A DNA stretch of 64,000 bases from an uncultured Gemmatimonadales bacterium (GCA_963842945.1 CAWJIM010000019.1:685893-749892), one strand, 5' to 3'; counted from the stretch's first letter, positions 30,129 to 41,982 are shown. Notes: generated by a model not told the origin, from the letters alone. Numbers and translations are program-made.

Positions 30129-33100
30129 GCCTCGGGAGACGCCGCGGTCCCCGGGCGCCGCACGCCGCGGCGCTCCAGGGCTCGGGCGACGGTCTCCACC
30201 AGCACGTCGGGCGAAAGCGGCTTCTGGAGGAAGAGCCCCGACCCGCGGTCGGTCGGCGCCATGTCCTTCGGATGTCCCGAGACCCACACGACCGGGAGGC
30301 CCGGGTGCTCGGCCGCCAGCCGGTTCGCCAGCTCGCGACCGCCCATCACCGGCATCACGAGGTCGCTCAGCACGAGATCCACCGCGCCGCGGTGCCGCGC
30401 GAGCGAGTCGAGCGCCTCCCGGCCGTTCCGCGCGAGCAGCACCTCGTACCCCGCTTCCTCCAGGGTCCGCTTCATGAGGGAGCGGATGATGTCCTCGTCG
30501 TCCACCACCAGCACCGTCGCGGGCCGCGCCTGCTCGATCGCGCGCGCCGGCGCCGCGTCCCGGCGACTGGGCTCCTGGGTCAGCGGCAGCAGCACGATGA
30601 AGGTGGTGCCCTTGTCGGGCTTGCTCTCGGCCCACACGTGGCCGCGGCTGTGGGAGACGATGCCGTGCACGGTGGCGAGACCGAGGCCGGTGCCTTCACC
30701 CGTCTCCTTGGTGGTGAAGAAGGGCTCGAAGATGTGGGGGAGATGCTCGGGCGAGATCCCGGAGCCGGAATCCGACACCATCAGCGCGGCATAGGGGCCG
30801 TCCGTGGCGCCCGCCTCCGGCACCGAGGTGCGGGTGGCGGTGCGCACCACCAGCTCGCCGCCGGCGGGCATCGCGTCGCGCGCGTTGATGGCGAGGTTCA
30901 TCAGCACCTGGAGCAGCTGCGCGCGGTCCACCTGCACCCACTTCGGCCCCGGGGCGAGCTGCACCACCATCTCGATACTGCTCCCGATCAGCCGCTGGAG
31001 CAGCGACTGGCTGTCCGCGACCGCGGCGTTCAGGTCGAGCACCTCGGCCACCAGCACCTGCTGTCGGCTGAACGCGAGGAGCTGCTGCGTCATGCCGGCC
31101 ATCCGCTCCGCGGCCTTCCGGATCTCGTGCACGTCCTGCCGCGCCCGCGCGCTGAGCCCGGGGTCGCGATCCACGAAGGCGGCGAAGCCCGCGATCCCCT
31201 GGAGCTGATTGTTGAAGTCGTGCGCGAGGCCGCCGGCCAGCCTGCCGATCGCCTCCATCTTGGCCGCCTGGCGAAGGCGTTCCTCCGCCTGGAGCTGGTC
31301 CTCCATGTCGGTGATGGTGCCGACCCACTCCCTGATGTCGCCGTCGGATTGGCGGAGCGGCACGGCCCGGCTGATGGCGCGGCGGTATGCACCGTCGGCC
31401 CGGCGGAAGCGGAAGCGGATCTCGCCGGGGGACGCGCTGCGCAGGATCGTCGCCCACTCCGCCGTGACGCGATCGTGATCGGCGGGATGGACGGCCCGAC
31501 CGCTGCCGTCCCGGTACTCCTCCCAGGTCAGGCCGGTGTACCGCTCGAAGCTCGGCGAAGGCGACCGCCAGCGCCCATCGGCGTCCATGGTCCACACGAC
31601 CTGCGCGGTCGCCTCGGTCAGTGACCGGTAGCGCTCTTCGCTCTCCCGCAGCGCCGCGCTCGCCTCCTCGCGGACGCGCGCCAGGTGCAGCGCGGCCGAA
31701 ACCCGCGCCAGCAGCTCCCGCGCGGCGAACGGCTTCACGATGTAGTCGTCCGCGCGCGCCTCGAGGCCCTCGACCTTCGCCTCCTCGCCGGCACGGGCGG
31801 AGAGGAGGATCACGGGGAGGCGCTCGGTGTCGGGATGACCCCGCAACGCCCGCAGGAGACCGAACCCGTCGAGCAGCGGCATCATGACGTCGCTCAGGAC
31901 CAGATCCACTGGCTCCTCGCGGACGAGGCGAAGCGCCTCCTTCCCGTTGCCGGCGAGGAGCACGTCGTAGTGCTCCCCGAGGAGGCGTCCCACGTACTCG
32001 CGCATGTCGGCGTTGTCGTCGGCCACGACTACGCGAGCGCGGGGCCCATTCTGCGCCGGGAGGATTGCCGCGGCCGAGGCGATCTCGGCGGGATCGGGGG
32101 CGGGCGGTCCCTCGCCAGAGGCGGGGAGCCAGCGGAGCGCTTCCTCCACATACGCCTCCGCCCGGGTCGCCGTGGCCGAAGGCGGGGCGCCGCTCTCCAA
32201 CTGCTCCGCCGGCAAGTGCGCGGTGCCGAGCGGGATCCGCACCTTGAACCGGCTGCCGCGCCCGACCTCGCTCTCGACCGTCACGCCGCCACCGTGCAGC
32301 CGCGTCAGCTCCTGGACCAGCGCGAGCCCGATGCCGGTGCCCTCGTGGGTGCGGCCCCGCGATCCTTCCACCCGGTGGAACCGCTCGAAGAGCCGGGGCA
32401 GGTCGGCCGCGGGGATGCCGGTGCCGGTGTCCTCGACCGTCAGCACCGCTTCGCGGTCGACCTCGCGCAGCTCGACCGTGATCCCGCCGTCGAAGGTGAA
32501 CTTGAAGGCGTTGGAGACGAGGTTGAGGACGATCTTCTCCCACATGTCGCGGTCCACCCAGACCGGCTCCGCGAGCGGGGGGCAGCGCACCTCGAAGCGG
32601 AGGCCGGTCCGCTCCACCGCCGACTGGAAGCTGGAGGCCAGCTCGGCCGTGAGCGATGGGAGGTCGGTCGGGTGGTAGCTCGCCCTCGCCCGCCCCGCCT
32701 CGATGCGGGCGAAATCCAGCAGGGTATTCACCAGCTTGAGCAGCCGGAGACCGTTCCGGTGCGCGGTGTGTATCAGCGCGCGCTCGCCCGGCGCCGCGCC
32801 CGGATCCCAGCGGACGAGCACCTCCTCCAACGGGCCGAGCAGGAGGGTGAGCGGGGTGCGGAACTCGTGGCTCACGTTGGAGAAGAACGCGGTCTTCGCC
32901 CGGTCCAGCTCGGCCAGCGCCTCGGCGCGCTCGCGCTCGTCCTCGTAGGCCTGGGCGTTGACCATCGCCCCCGCGATCTGCGCGGCGACCAGCTCCAGGA
33001 ACCCGCGGTAGTCGTCGTCGAACAGCCGGTAGGGATTGAGCCCGGCGACGAACACGCCAGCGCGGCCGGACTCGCCGGAGGGTGAGAGCGGGAGGGCGAC

Positions 33101-33922
33101 GGCTCGCGACGGCGGGCGGTCCCAGGCGCCGGCGGGGAGGGTGCCCACCTGGGAGAAATCGGTGATCTCCTGCAGCGCTCCGGTACGGAGCACGTCGCCC
33201 AGCGGCCACGGCGCGATGGCGTCGAGCTCCACCGCCGGCGGTGCGGCGGGATGACCGGGCGGCAGCCCGGCGGCCCCCGCCAGCACCATCCGGTTGCGCT
33301 CGGGCTCGTGCAGGTAGAGGAGCGCGAAGGGCAGGTCGCGCGAGCCGGTGGCGAGCGCCCGGGCGCTGAGGGCGCAGGCGTCACGCACGGTGCGCGCCTC
33401 GCCCGCCCCGGCCGCGAGCTCGCGCAGGAGCGCGAGCCGGCGCTCGCCGATGATGCGCTGGGTATCGTCGGTGTTGGCGCAGAGGATCCCGCCGGTGCCG
33501 CCCTCGTCGTTGGGCACCGGGCTGTAGGAGAAGGTGTAGTAGGTCTCCTCGGGGTAGCCGTATCGGTGCATGATGAGGAGGAGGGCCTCGTCGTAGGTCC
33601 CCTCGTTCTGCTGCATCGCGGAGGCGGCGCGGGGGCCCACCGAGTCCCAGATCTCCCGCCACACGACCGACGCGGGCTGTCCCAGGGCGACCGGGTGCTT
33701 CCCGCCGACGATGGTGCGGTAGGCGTCGTTGTAGAGATTGATCAGCTCGTCGCCCCACCAGACGAACATCGGCTGGCGGGAGGTGAGCATGATGCGGACG
33801 CAGGTGCGGAGCGCGCGGGGCCAGCCTTCCACCGGGCCGAGGGGCGTGGCGGACCAGTCCCGGCGGCCCATCAGCTCACCGAGCTCACCTCCGCCGGCGA
33901 AGAGGTCGTCCGGAGCGGACAC
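30125..33922 (-). CDS. Hybrid sensor kinase (PAS/GAF-HK-REC-PAS-HK-REC)
   Basis: SHEFRTPL, NAFKF, GIGL, DDNADMR, AHDFNN, FEPFFTTK, terminal receiver. Confidence 0.93.
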   Translation of the reverse strand: MSAPDDLFAGGGELGELMGRRDWSATPLGPVEGWPRALRTCVRIMLTSRQPMFVWWGDELINLYNDAYRTIVGGKHPVALGQPASVVWREIWDSVGPRAASAMQQNEGTYDEALLLIMHRYGYPEETYYTFSYSPVPNDEGGTGGILCANTDDTQRIIGERRLALLRELAAGAGEARTVRDACALSARALATGSRDLPFALLYLHEPERNRMVLAGAAGLPPGHPAAPPAVELDAIAPWPLGDVLRTGALQEITDFSQVGTLPAGAWDRPPSRAVALPLSPSGESGRAGVFVAGLNPYRLFDDDYRGFLELVAAQIAGAMVNAQAYEDERERAEALAELDRAKTAFFSNVSHEFRTPLTLLLGPLEEVLVRWDPGAAPGERALIHTAHRNGLRLLKLVNTLLDFARIEAGRARASYHPTDLPSLTAELASSFQSAVERTGLRFEVRCPPLAEPVWVDRDMWEKIVLNLVSNAFKFTFDGGITVELREVDREAVLTVEDTGTGIPAADLPRLFERFHRVEGSRGRTHEGTGIGLALVQELTRLHGGGVTVESEVGRGSRFKVRIPLGTAHLPAEQLESGAPPSATATRAEAYVEEALRWLPASGEGPPAPDPAEIASAAAILPAQNGPRARVVVADDNADMREYVGRLLGEHYDVLLAGNGKEALRLVREEPVDLVLSDVMMPLLDGFGLLRALRGHPDTERLPVILLSARAGEEAKVEGLEARADDYIVKPFAARELLARVSAALHLARVREEASAALRESEERYRSLTEATAQVVWTMDADGRWRSPSPSFERYTGLTWEEYRDGSGRAVHPADHDRVTAEWATILRSASPGEIRFRFRRADGAYRRAISRAVPLRQSDGDIREWVGTITDMEDQLQAEERLRQAAKMEAIGRLAGGLAHDFNNQLQGIAGFAAFVDRDPGLSARARQDVHEIRKAAERMAGMTQQLLAFSRQQVLVAEVLDLNAAVADSQSLLQRLIGSSIEMVVQLAPGPKWVQVDRAQLLQVLMNLAINARDAMPAGGELVVRTATRTSVPEAGATDGPYAALMVSDSGSGISPEHLPHIFEPFFTTKETGEGTGLGLATVHGIVSHSRGHVWAESKPDKGTTFIVLLPLTQEPSRRDAAPARAIEQARPATVLVVDDEDIIRSLMKRTLEEAGYEVLLARNGREALDSLARHRGAVDLVLSDLVMPVMGGRELANRLAAEHPGLPVVWVSGHPKDMAPTDRGSGLFLQKPLSPDVLVETVARALERRGVRRPGTAASPEA

Positions 33923-33925
33923 GCG

Positions 33926-34786
33926 CTAGGCCTCGGCCACGAACACGATGTTCGGATCGTCCCCACACCCTCCCCACCCGATGTGCAGCGTGCCCGGCGT
34001 CTCGCCGAAGGTGCCGGAGACGGCGAGCTCGCCGGCGTCGAAGCGCTGGCCGGTGGCGTCGCAGGCGGCGTTGTAGTGGAGGGGCGTCAGGGTGGTGAGG
34101 GTGAGCTCGAACGTCTCGTCGCCCCGGGACCAGTTGACCGTGCCGGCGATGGTGACGGAGCCGTTGGGGAGCGGCTGGTTGATCTGGAGCGTGGACTCGG
34201 GCTCGAAGCCGATGGTCCACACGTGCTCCACCGCCGCGTCGGAGAGGCCGCTGAATGTGCGGAGGATCTGCATCTCGCTGCTCAGCTCCAGGCCGGCGGG
34301 GGAGCCGGTGAGCGTCACCCGCCCGTTCCGGGTGACGGAGTAGTTCTTGTCGGGATCGTCCGTGGTCAGGCTGAAGCGGAAGTTGGTGAAGTCCACCACC
34401 GCGCCGAAGCCCGCGGTCTCGGGCGCGGGGTCCACCACGCGGAGCTGGCCGACCACATCGAGGTTGAAGCCGCGCACGCCGGCGAAGCGGCAGGGCGGCG
34501 CGGTAAAGGTGTAGCTGGCATCGTCGGGCACGCCGTCGCCGTCGGTGTCGGCCGGGGAGGAGGCGGTGACGCAGGGAGCCTGGGCCGCCCCGGTGCTGAG
34601 GGGCTGGAACAGCCGGGCCGGGTAGAAGGCGTCGATGGAGGCTTCCACGTTGTCCCGAACCGTGAGCCCGACGGCGGTGGCGGCGTTGTCGGGCAGCGGA
34701 TCCGCATCGGGGTCCGTCGAATCGCCGCACGCAGTCAGCCCGGCGGCAAGGGCGCCGAGGACGAGCGCATACGTGCAGGGGCGCAT
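33926..34786 (-). CDS. Hypothetical lipoprotein
   Basis: Lipobox LTAC, DTDGDGVPD Ca-binding-like motif, beta-rich. Confidence 0.75.
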   Translation of the reverse strand: MRPCTYALVLGALAAGLTACGDSTDPDADPLPDNAATAVGLTVRDNVEASIDAFYPARLFQPLSTGAAQAPCVTASSPADTDGDGVPDDASYTFTAPPCRFAGVRGFNLDVVGQLRVVDPAPETAGFGAVVDFTNFRFSLTTDDPDKNYSVTRNGRVTLTGSPAGLELSSEMQILRTFSGLSDAAVEHVWTIGFEPESTLQINQPLPNGSVTIAGTVNWSRGDETFELTLTTLTPLHYNAACDATGQRFDAGELAVSGTFGETPGTLHIGWGGCGDDPNIVFVAEA

Positions 34787-34835
34787 GGCCTCTCCAATCC
34801 ATTTGTGCAGGAGGATAGTCCGACCGGGGCCGGGG

Positions 34836-35021
34836 CTACAAGCGCGGTTCGAGGCGCCGCCGCCCTTCCTGGCGGGCGGCGCAGGCCGGGCACAGCTCTC
34901 GACCGCCCGTGCCAACCTGGCGGAGCTCGGGAGGGATCCGCCGGCCTACGGGACAGTCATCGAGTACATGGTACACACCTTCTATGACCGTAAAGAACGG
35001 CTCATCTGCAGTTTCCACCAA
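34836..35021 (-). CDS. Small putative Zn-binding protein
   Basis: YH-x4-C...GTGGRELCPAC pattern; start uncertain. Confidence 0.6.
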   Translation of the reverse strand: MVETADEPFFTVIEGVYHVLDDCPVGRRIPPELRQVGTGGRELCPACAARQEGRRRLEPRL

Positions 35022-35766
35022 GCTTTACCTCCGATCCCTCCAGCTCCGTGATCGGGCGGAGAATTGGGCGGAGGCAATCGGCGTGCCGGAGCCTTGTCCT
35101 CATTCCTGGACATTCGCCGGTCGAACCCGACTCGCGGGCGACGTTTCCTGTGGTCCGATCGTCGGCTCCGCTTGAGCAATTGGCGTAGCATGGAGGAGAT
35201 CGAGGGTATCGAGGAACTGAACGTCGAGGCCACAGTCCCCATCGCCGCGGGAAAAACGGTCGCCATCCAGCTTCGACGGGTGCGCCGTGTGCCAGCCGTG
35301 AGACGACCGCGCGCGTGACCCGAAACGCAGCCGCGTGTCCCTGGTCGACCGTTCCCGGAGTGCGCACGCGAGCCCTGGTCTCCGAGCGACGCATCCTCAA
35401 GCTCAACACGCAATTGCTCCTCATCGAGCGGCCTCGTCGCGCCGCCGCGCCGTCTCGCTGAACGATCAGCCGTCGCTTCGCGAAGGCCGAACGACGCGCG
35501 GAATCATCGAGCGACGCTGCACCGGCACCGATCGCGAGCATCACGACGCTCTGCTTCACCACCTTCAGCACGACCGACACGAGCTTCACGGTGCACGACA
35601 CCGACTGCCATCGCCGTGTCATCGATGTGCGCGCAATCTCTGGCACACTCGATGCCTCCCTCACCGACGGACGGCATGCGACCGGGTTCCTGCCGTCGCT
35701 CGATACCATCACCATCATCGTCGGCGGTGCCCGGCCACCTCCGGCCACACGCAGCAGGAGGGACGT

Positions 35767-36465
35767 ATGAATGCGCAGTCTCGTAGGAAGATCGAGATGG
35801 GAACGCGGGCGCTGGAGTTCAGTCGCGCGCACCCGGACGCCGACCCGGGCTACGCCGCGGCGGCGGCCAAGCTGGAGCAGCTGGTGGCGCGGGCCGCGGA
35901 GGCAGCCACCGCGCAGCGAAGCGGCATCGTGGATGTGCGCGCCGCCTCGGCACGCAAGGGTGACCTGCGCCGCACCATGCTGTCGGTTCACATTTCCCAC
36001 TTGGCTCAGGTCGGCCAGGAGGCGGCGGCCGAGAACCACGAGCTCGGCAAGATGTTCCGGTTCAAGCCGACGGCATCCACCTTCCTCGCGTTTCGTTCCG
36101 CCGCAGGCGCCATGAAGGACGAGGCGCAGGCGTACCGCGAGCTCCTGGTGAAGTACGGACTCTCGGGGTCGGTGCTGGAGGAGCTGGGCCAGCGGCTGGA
36201 GCAGTTCGACGCCGCCGTGGCGCTCGGCAACGCGGGGCGTGCCGCGCACATGCGGGCGACCGCGGAGCTTCGTGCAGTGTCCGCGGGGATCGGCCGTGCG
36301 GTGCGGGTGATGGATGGGCGCAACCGGCAGCGGTTCCAGCAGGAGCAGAGCCTGCTGGCCGAGTGGATCAGCGCCAGCACGGTGCTGGGACAGCCACGCG
36401 GTGGGCCGGCGACGCCCACGCCCGAACCGATGCCGTCCACCGGTGATGTGAGGCCGGCCGCGTGA
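35767..36465 (+). CDS. Hypothetical alpha-helical protein
   Basis: RBS GGAGGG, host-like codon usage, followed by a terminator. Confidence 0.75.
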   Translation: MNAQSRRKIEMGTRALEFSRAHPDADPGYAAAAAKLEQLVARAAEAATAQRSGIVDVRAASARKGDLRRTMLSVHISHLAQVGQEAAAENHELGKMFRFKPTASTFLAFRSAAGAMKDEAQAYRELLVKYGLSGSVLEELGQRLEQFDAAVALGNAGRAAHMRATAELRAVSAGIGRAVRVMDGRNRQRFQQEQSLLAEWISASTVLGQPRGGPATPTPEPMPSTGDVRPAA

Positions 36466-36501
36466 TCCGGGGGTTGACATGTTCGGAGCGCGAAAGCGTG
36501 A

Positions 36502-36538
36502 GCCGTCGCCGATAGTCGCGACTGTCGGCGGCGGTTTT
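36502..36538 (+). terminator. Rho-independent terminator
   Basis: GCCGTCGCCGATAGTC/GACTGTCGGCGGCGGT stem followed by TTTT. Confidence 0.65.
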
Positions 36539-36688
36539 GCTTCCAAACGCACTCTCCCCTAACCGTGGATGCCGCCGCTCTGGCCGGCAGAGCGATCGGG
36601 GCTCGCATCTATTCTCGGGGACGGGAATATTCGGGCCGATCGGTCGCCGTGGCTCACGCAGGGTTCATAAACCACGACGAGGTTCCTG

Positions 36689-37261
36689 ATGAATCACATC
36701 ATCGAATCGCTGAGGGCCGAGTACCTACGGTACAAGGGGCTGGCCGAGGCGGCCATCGGCCAGCTGAGCGAGGCCGAGCTGGTGGCGGCCGGCGCGGGGG
36801 GCGGCAACTCCATCGCCGTCATCTGCTGGCATCTGGGGGGAACCTCCGGTCGCGGTTCACGGACTTCCTCACGACCGATGGCGAGAAGCCATGGCGCAAA
36901 CGCGACGAGGAATTCGAGCGCCGCGCCGTCACCCGCGCCGAGCTCCTGAACCAGTGGGAGCGGGGCTGGGCGACGCTGCTGGAGACGCTGGACGCACTGA
37001 GCGACGCGGATCTCGAGCGGGAGGTCACGATCCGCCGGCAGCCGTGCGCGTGTCGGAGGCGCTCCATCGCTCGCTGGCGCACGCGAGCTACCAGTCGGAC
37101 AGATCGTCCACGTCGCACGCGGCCTACGGGGGAGCGACTGGCACTTCCTCAGCATTCCGCCGGGGCAATCGGAGCAATACAACGCGCGCCCGACGCTGGA
37201 GAAACCCGCCGCGCAGCTCGAGCTGGTCCGCGGGCGGGGCGACCCGAGGAGCGGCAGGTGA
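36689..37261 (+). CDS. DUF1572/DinB-like protein (frameshifted)
   Basis: NSIAVICWHL, GNLRSRFTDFLTTDGEKPWRKRDEEF, LSIPPGQS. Confidence 0.8.
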
Positions 37262-37656
37262 CCCCGGCGGACGCCGTGCTCGCGTCCGAGGACCGCTTCT
37301 TCCAGGCACTACTGCGGGGGGACGGCGCCGCGCTGCAGGCGGTGCTCGCACCCGATTTCCTGCTGATCGACGTGATGACCGGCTCGGAGATTCCTGGAAC
37401 CGTGCTGCAGGACCTGGTCGGCTCGGGGCAGCTTCGGTTCGAGTCGGTCGAGCGGGTCGATGCCCGGGTGCGGTTGTACGGATCGGCCGCGGTGGTCACC
37501 GGGCAGACCCGGATGCGGGGACGCTTCGGCGACCAGAGCTTCGCGGCGCACAGCCGGTACACCCACGTCTACATACACGCCGCGTCCGGGTGGCGGCTCG
37601 CGTCGGCGCAGGGCACCCAAATCGCGGCGCAGGCGTCTATTCCCGGGCGGGAATAA
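37258..37656 (+). CDS. NTF2-like/DUF4440 protein
   Basis: LAPDF, VRLYGSAAVVTG, RYTHVY, WRLASAQ. Confidence 0.85.
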   Translation: MTPADAVLASEDRFFQALLRGDGAALQAVLAPDFLLIDVMTGSEIPGTVLQDLVGSGQLRFESVERVDARVRLYGSAAVVTGQTRMRGRFGDQSFAAHSRYTHVYIHAASGWRLASAQGTQIAAQASIPGRE

Positions 37657-37706
37657 ACTCCTGCCAGCGCGGGGCGGGACGGTGAATGGCGGCGCAGTAC
37701 CGCCGC

Positions 37707-40689
37707 TCATTGCGTCCGCTCAGAGAGAGACGCGCGCTCCGCCGCCGCTTGGTCCAGCATAGGCTTCAACTCCGGGTCGCTCTCCCGCCAGAGAGCAAGA
37801 AATTCGTCGTACAATGTGGCGGCTTCGCGCGGGCGCCCGAGTGCCCGCTGGATGCGCGCTTCGGCCAAGGTCGCCGGTCCGAGGAAAACCAGCTCCTGCG
37901 TCGTGTTCTGGCCGAGGCCACGGTACCATCCGAGTGCTTCCTCCCGAGAGCCCATCTTCCGGAGAAGCTCGGCCCGAGTGAACCGCTCCATCGCCCCCGA
38001 GTAGAACGGAGAGACGAAGGTCAGCTCGTACCACCCCTCGATGCGCAACGCCTCGAGATCGGCGAGGGCGCTGTCAAACCGACCATTCGCCACCGCGATC
38101 TGTGCCCTGAGCCCCTGCGCCAGTTCGAGGGCAAGCGGGGGTCCCTCGGAGGTGCGGCCGGCTGAGTCGAGCTCCGCTGCGCGCACCATGGCGTGGCCGC
38201 CGTCGCCCAGACGGGTGTCAAGCAGGCCGAGGAGATAGGTCTTCAGGATTTGGTGCACGCCGTTGTGCCCGCTGTAGAACGCGCTGGCCCGCGTACTCCG
38301 CGTGGCGGATTCCCCTGCGTCCCACCGCTCGAGTCGCGATCTGGCGGCACCGAGCTCCTCCGGGGACTGGGGGACGAACGGGAGCGCCCTGAACCAGGCA
38401 TCGACCGGAGGGTGCTCGGAACTGCCCAGCTTGCCGGCTGCCTCCAGCTCGCTCCACGCCGCGCTCCTCCGCCCGCGAGCCAGCTCGAGATGCGCCAGCA
38501 GGATGTGCCCCTGCGCCCGCACATCGCGCGGCCGCCCTGGCTGGGTCAGAAGTCGAGCGATACGCTCGGCACCCGGAATATTCCGGGCGAAGACGGCGAC
38601 CGACCACGCGGCGAGCGGGAGGATTCCATCCGGCGCTCGGCCGAACTCGGTCACCACCGAGTCGGCGCCGGCGGAGTCGTGCGTGGTGTAGGCCTGCAAT
38701 GCTCGTAGCTCGAGCGTGCGGTCGCCCGCCGGGCTCAGTTGATAGAAGCGCGCCGCGAGGGAGTCGAGCTCGCTCCGGTTCCCATTACGCGCCGCGATCC
38801 GGACCAGGTGATAGAGTGCACCGAGATCGCCGGGGTCGAAGAAGAGCGCTCGGTAGAACGGCGCCCTGGCGGCGGTCATCGAGACGCCACGGAGAGGGTT
38901 CCCATGAAAAACGAGCTCGCCCAACTGGTACCACGCCTCCGAGTCGTCCGGGTAGGCCTGGACGATCGCGCGGAACTGCTGCTCGGCGTCTCCCGACCGC
39001 CCCCGCCGCATGGCCAGCACCGCCTCGAGGAAGCGTCGGTCGTGCACCGAGAGCCGGCTGCTGTGGCGGAACGCGAGCTCGGCGGAGCGACGCGACTCGT
39101 CGGCCCACGCGAGGCGCTCCTGGGCCCCGCTCAGGCGGTAAAAGGCGAGCGCGAACGTGGTGTCGGCCGCGGCGGCTTCCTGAAAGGCGCTCACCGCCGC
39201 GGCGTACTGACCCGCCCGATAGGCCTGTTCCCCGGCCAGGTAGGCCTTGAGCGCCGGGAGTGAGGAGGTGGTCACCGCGGCCGTCCGCGTGAGGCGCGCT
39301 CCGCCTTCAGTGGATCGGGCCGCCGCCAGGCGCGTCGCCAGCAGATCGACCAGGGCGAGGACGTCGCCCGACTCCCCGTCCACCGTCGCTTCGGCCAGCG
39401 GGCGGTCCCCCTGAGTGCGGTCGAACAGCGAGGCACTGAGCCGAAGCTTTCCTTGCACTTCCAACACGTCCCCGACCACGAACAGTCCCGCCTGGAAGTG
39501 CTCCGCCACGCCGCGGGCGCGCTCCAGACTGATGGCCGACTGCCCAGGGCCGACGAAACCGAGGAGGGCGTGCGGGTTGACGCTCCGGATGCCAGCGGCT
39601 CCGTCGAGGCTGGCACTGAGCAGAGCGACGAGTCCCTCGCCGAGGTACTCGAGCGTCGGACTACCGCGCACGGTGAACGGGAGCACGGCGAGAACGTTGG
39701 TCGAGGCCAGGTCTCTCGGCGGGCCGGCCAGACGCCGGACCCCGAGCGTTACCACGACGAGGAGGACGACCGCCCCGACGAGGACGGCGACGCGCCGTCG
39801 TGTCCACCACGACACACGGTGGGGGGTCGTCGTCTCGACGGCCCCGAGCCGGGTGAGGACATCTTCCGCCGACTGCCAGCGCTCGTCGGGGTTCTTCGAG
39901 AGGCACCGCATGACCAGCGCCGCCAGGGCGGGGGGGCAATCTGGGCGCTTTAGGTGGATCGGCGGCGGCGCTTGGGTGAGGTGCGCCGCCATTTGCTGCT
40001 GCGGGGTGGTGGCCGCGTAGGGCGAGCCACCAACGAGCATCTCGTACGCCACCAACCCCAGGGCTGTAGAGATCGGCCCGATGATCGATGCGCGGATCGG
40101 CGGCCACCTGCTCCGGCGCCATGTAGGCCGGCGTGCCGAGCGACAGGCCGGCACTGGTCAGCCCCTGCCGGCCGGTGGCGTCGCTCACCGCCTTGGCGAT
40201 GCCGAAATCCATCACCAGTGCGTGGCCGTCGGCGAGGAGTATGTTCTCCGGCTTGATGTCGCGGTGGACTACCCCGACCTTGTGGGCCTTGGCGAGCGCG
40301 TCGGCGATCTCGCCGGTCAACCGGACGACCTCGGGCACCGCCAGCGGTCCGGTGCGGGCCAGCCGCTCGCGGAGTGTCTCGCCCTCCACGAAGGGCATCA
40401 CGTAGTAGGAAAGCACCTCCGAGCCGGGCCCGGCAGCGGTCACGCCCGAGTCGAGCAGACCGACGATGTGTGGGTGCTGCAGTTTCGCGGCGAGCCGGAT
40501 CTCCTGGAGAAAGCGCTCAGGGCCGAGGGAAGCACCCAGCTCCGGCCGCAGCACCTTGATCGCCACTTTGCGATCATGTTTCAAGTCCTGCGCGAGATAC
40601 ACCGTGGCCATGCCGCCCTGGCCGAGCTCCCGCTCGATCAGGTAGCGGTCGCGCAGAGCGTCGGTGAGGCGCGAGTCGACTGCGGTCAC
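37707..40689 (-). CDS. Ser/Thr protein kinase with TM and TPR C-terminus (frameshift near 40060)
   Basis: ELGQGGMATVY, HRDIKPEN, DFG, GTPAYMAPEQ, LAVLPF. Confidence 0.9.
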
Positions 40690-40870
40690 AATACTGCCTG
40701 CCGGGGATGACTAGAATGTGTCGTGGATGGTCACGGATCGCCAGGAAAGTCGCTCCGTTTCGGCTTCCTTCTCGACCCTTGATTCACTGATTCCGTTCGT
40801 TCTCTGCTCCGCCGCGATGCTGGCGATTCTGCGCTGGCGAGGAGACATTTGAGGCATCCCTTCATGGGGC

Positions 40871-40930
40871 TTGGCCGTGACCAACGTGACGGCCTCCGCA
40901 TTAGCCGACGCCCTCCGCGATCGCTGCCGC
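40871..40930 (+). pseudogene. Remnant of a kinase 5' end
   Basis: SALADALRDRC resembles the LTDALRDRY start of the adjacent kinase, then similarity stops. Confidence 0.4.
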
Positions 40931-41330
40931 CAAGTCTCTCCCCAGCCGACAACGAGGTTGGTTGGCGTATGTCACTGGGCAAGCTTGCGGCTCTGGTCGA
41001 AGCGGACGGTTCCTGACACGGCGACTTCAGCACCTTTTCACCTTTATCCGAGGTACTCATGCGTCCCTTGGTGCTCAGTGCTCTCCTGGTGATCGGTGTC
41101 CTGAGCTGCGGGAAGGACTGACTCCACAGCGCGCCGAGACAGTCTCACGCAGCGCGAACGCGACAGCATGCTCGGGGCTTCCCAGCTTCCTGGCGCCCAG
41201 GGTGTTCGCGGAGCGCTCAAGGCGAGTGACTCCGCCGCTGCTCGGCGTGAGCGGGAGGACGCTGCGGCTCAGCCGGAATAGGCGGCCTTGTAGCCCGCGA
41301 GCTCACCCAGACATCGGAAGGATGGAGCCT

Positions 41331-41525
41331 ATGGACAAGCCTCCTCGACGTCGCTTCGCCGTTTTCGCAGTGCCCATGATCATCGGGCTGATTGCCGCTC
41401 AGCGCGCCGCTCCGCGCGTTCGAGCTGTCGATTTTATCCTCCTGTTCGCGAGCGGCGTCGCATTCGGGGTCAGCCTTATGGGCTTTATCCAGATGTGGAA
41501 GGGTCGGAGTTCGTCGCTCGATTGA
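41331..41525 (+). CDS. Small membrane protein
   Basis: Two hydrophobic segments, RAVDFILLFASG. Confidence 0.6.
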   Translation: MDKPPRRRFAVFAVPMIIGLIAAQRAAPRVRAVDFILLFASGVAFGVSLMGFIQMWKGRSSSLD

Positions 41526-41639
41526 GTTGGAGAAGAGGTGCCTCGCGCGGGGCCGAGCAGCGGGCGCCCCACCTATTCGTCCGCGCCGACCGGCATCCTC
41601 GCCTTCGCACTAGTCCTCTGGGGCCCGCGGCTGGGCGAG

Positions 41640-41863
41640 CCCACGACGTGGAATCGCAGCTGAACAGGATCATCGCGCGAACGCTGGTCACCTTCGGTCG
41701 CCACGACCGGCTGACCTCTACCGGGTTCGCGGATCGGCTGCGTGGCGCCATCCGCGGCTCGGAGGTGGTGGTCTTCGAGGAGTGTTCGCATGCTCCCATC
41801 TACGAGAGAGTAGAGGAGTTCAACCAGAGGACGCTGGCGTTCTTGAGGCTGCACGCGGCCTGA
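41640..41863 (+). pseudogene. Alpha/beta hydrolase C-terminal fragment
   Basis: TLVTFGRHD...FEECSHAPIYERVEEFN; no N-terminal part. Confidence 0.7.
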
Positions 41864-41982
41864 GCCGCGCATGCATCGGAGCGACCTCTATCAAGGCGGA
41901 AAAACTGGTTGCAGGGGTTAGAATCGAATGCCCGGCTCCGACCCGGGATGGCGACTAATACGGGGCTGCCCCAGGAGAGGCT

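Noticed and set aside
34900..34917. TGGCACG as a sigma-54 promoter for the 33926-34786 lipoprotein
   Set aside because: The -12 TTGC is missing and the motif lies inside a small coding region.
35190..35318. Short ORF MEEIEGIEELNVEATVP...
   Set aside because: No recognisable family and insufficient support to call a gene.
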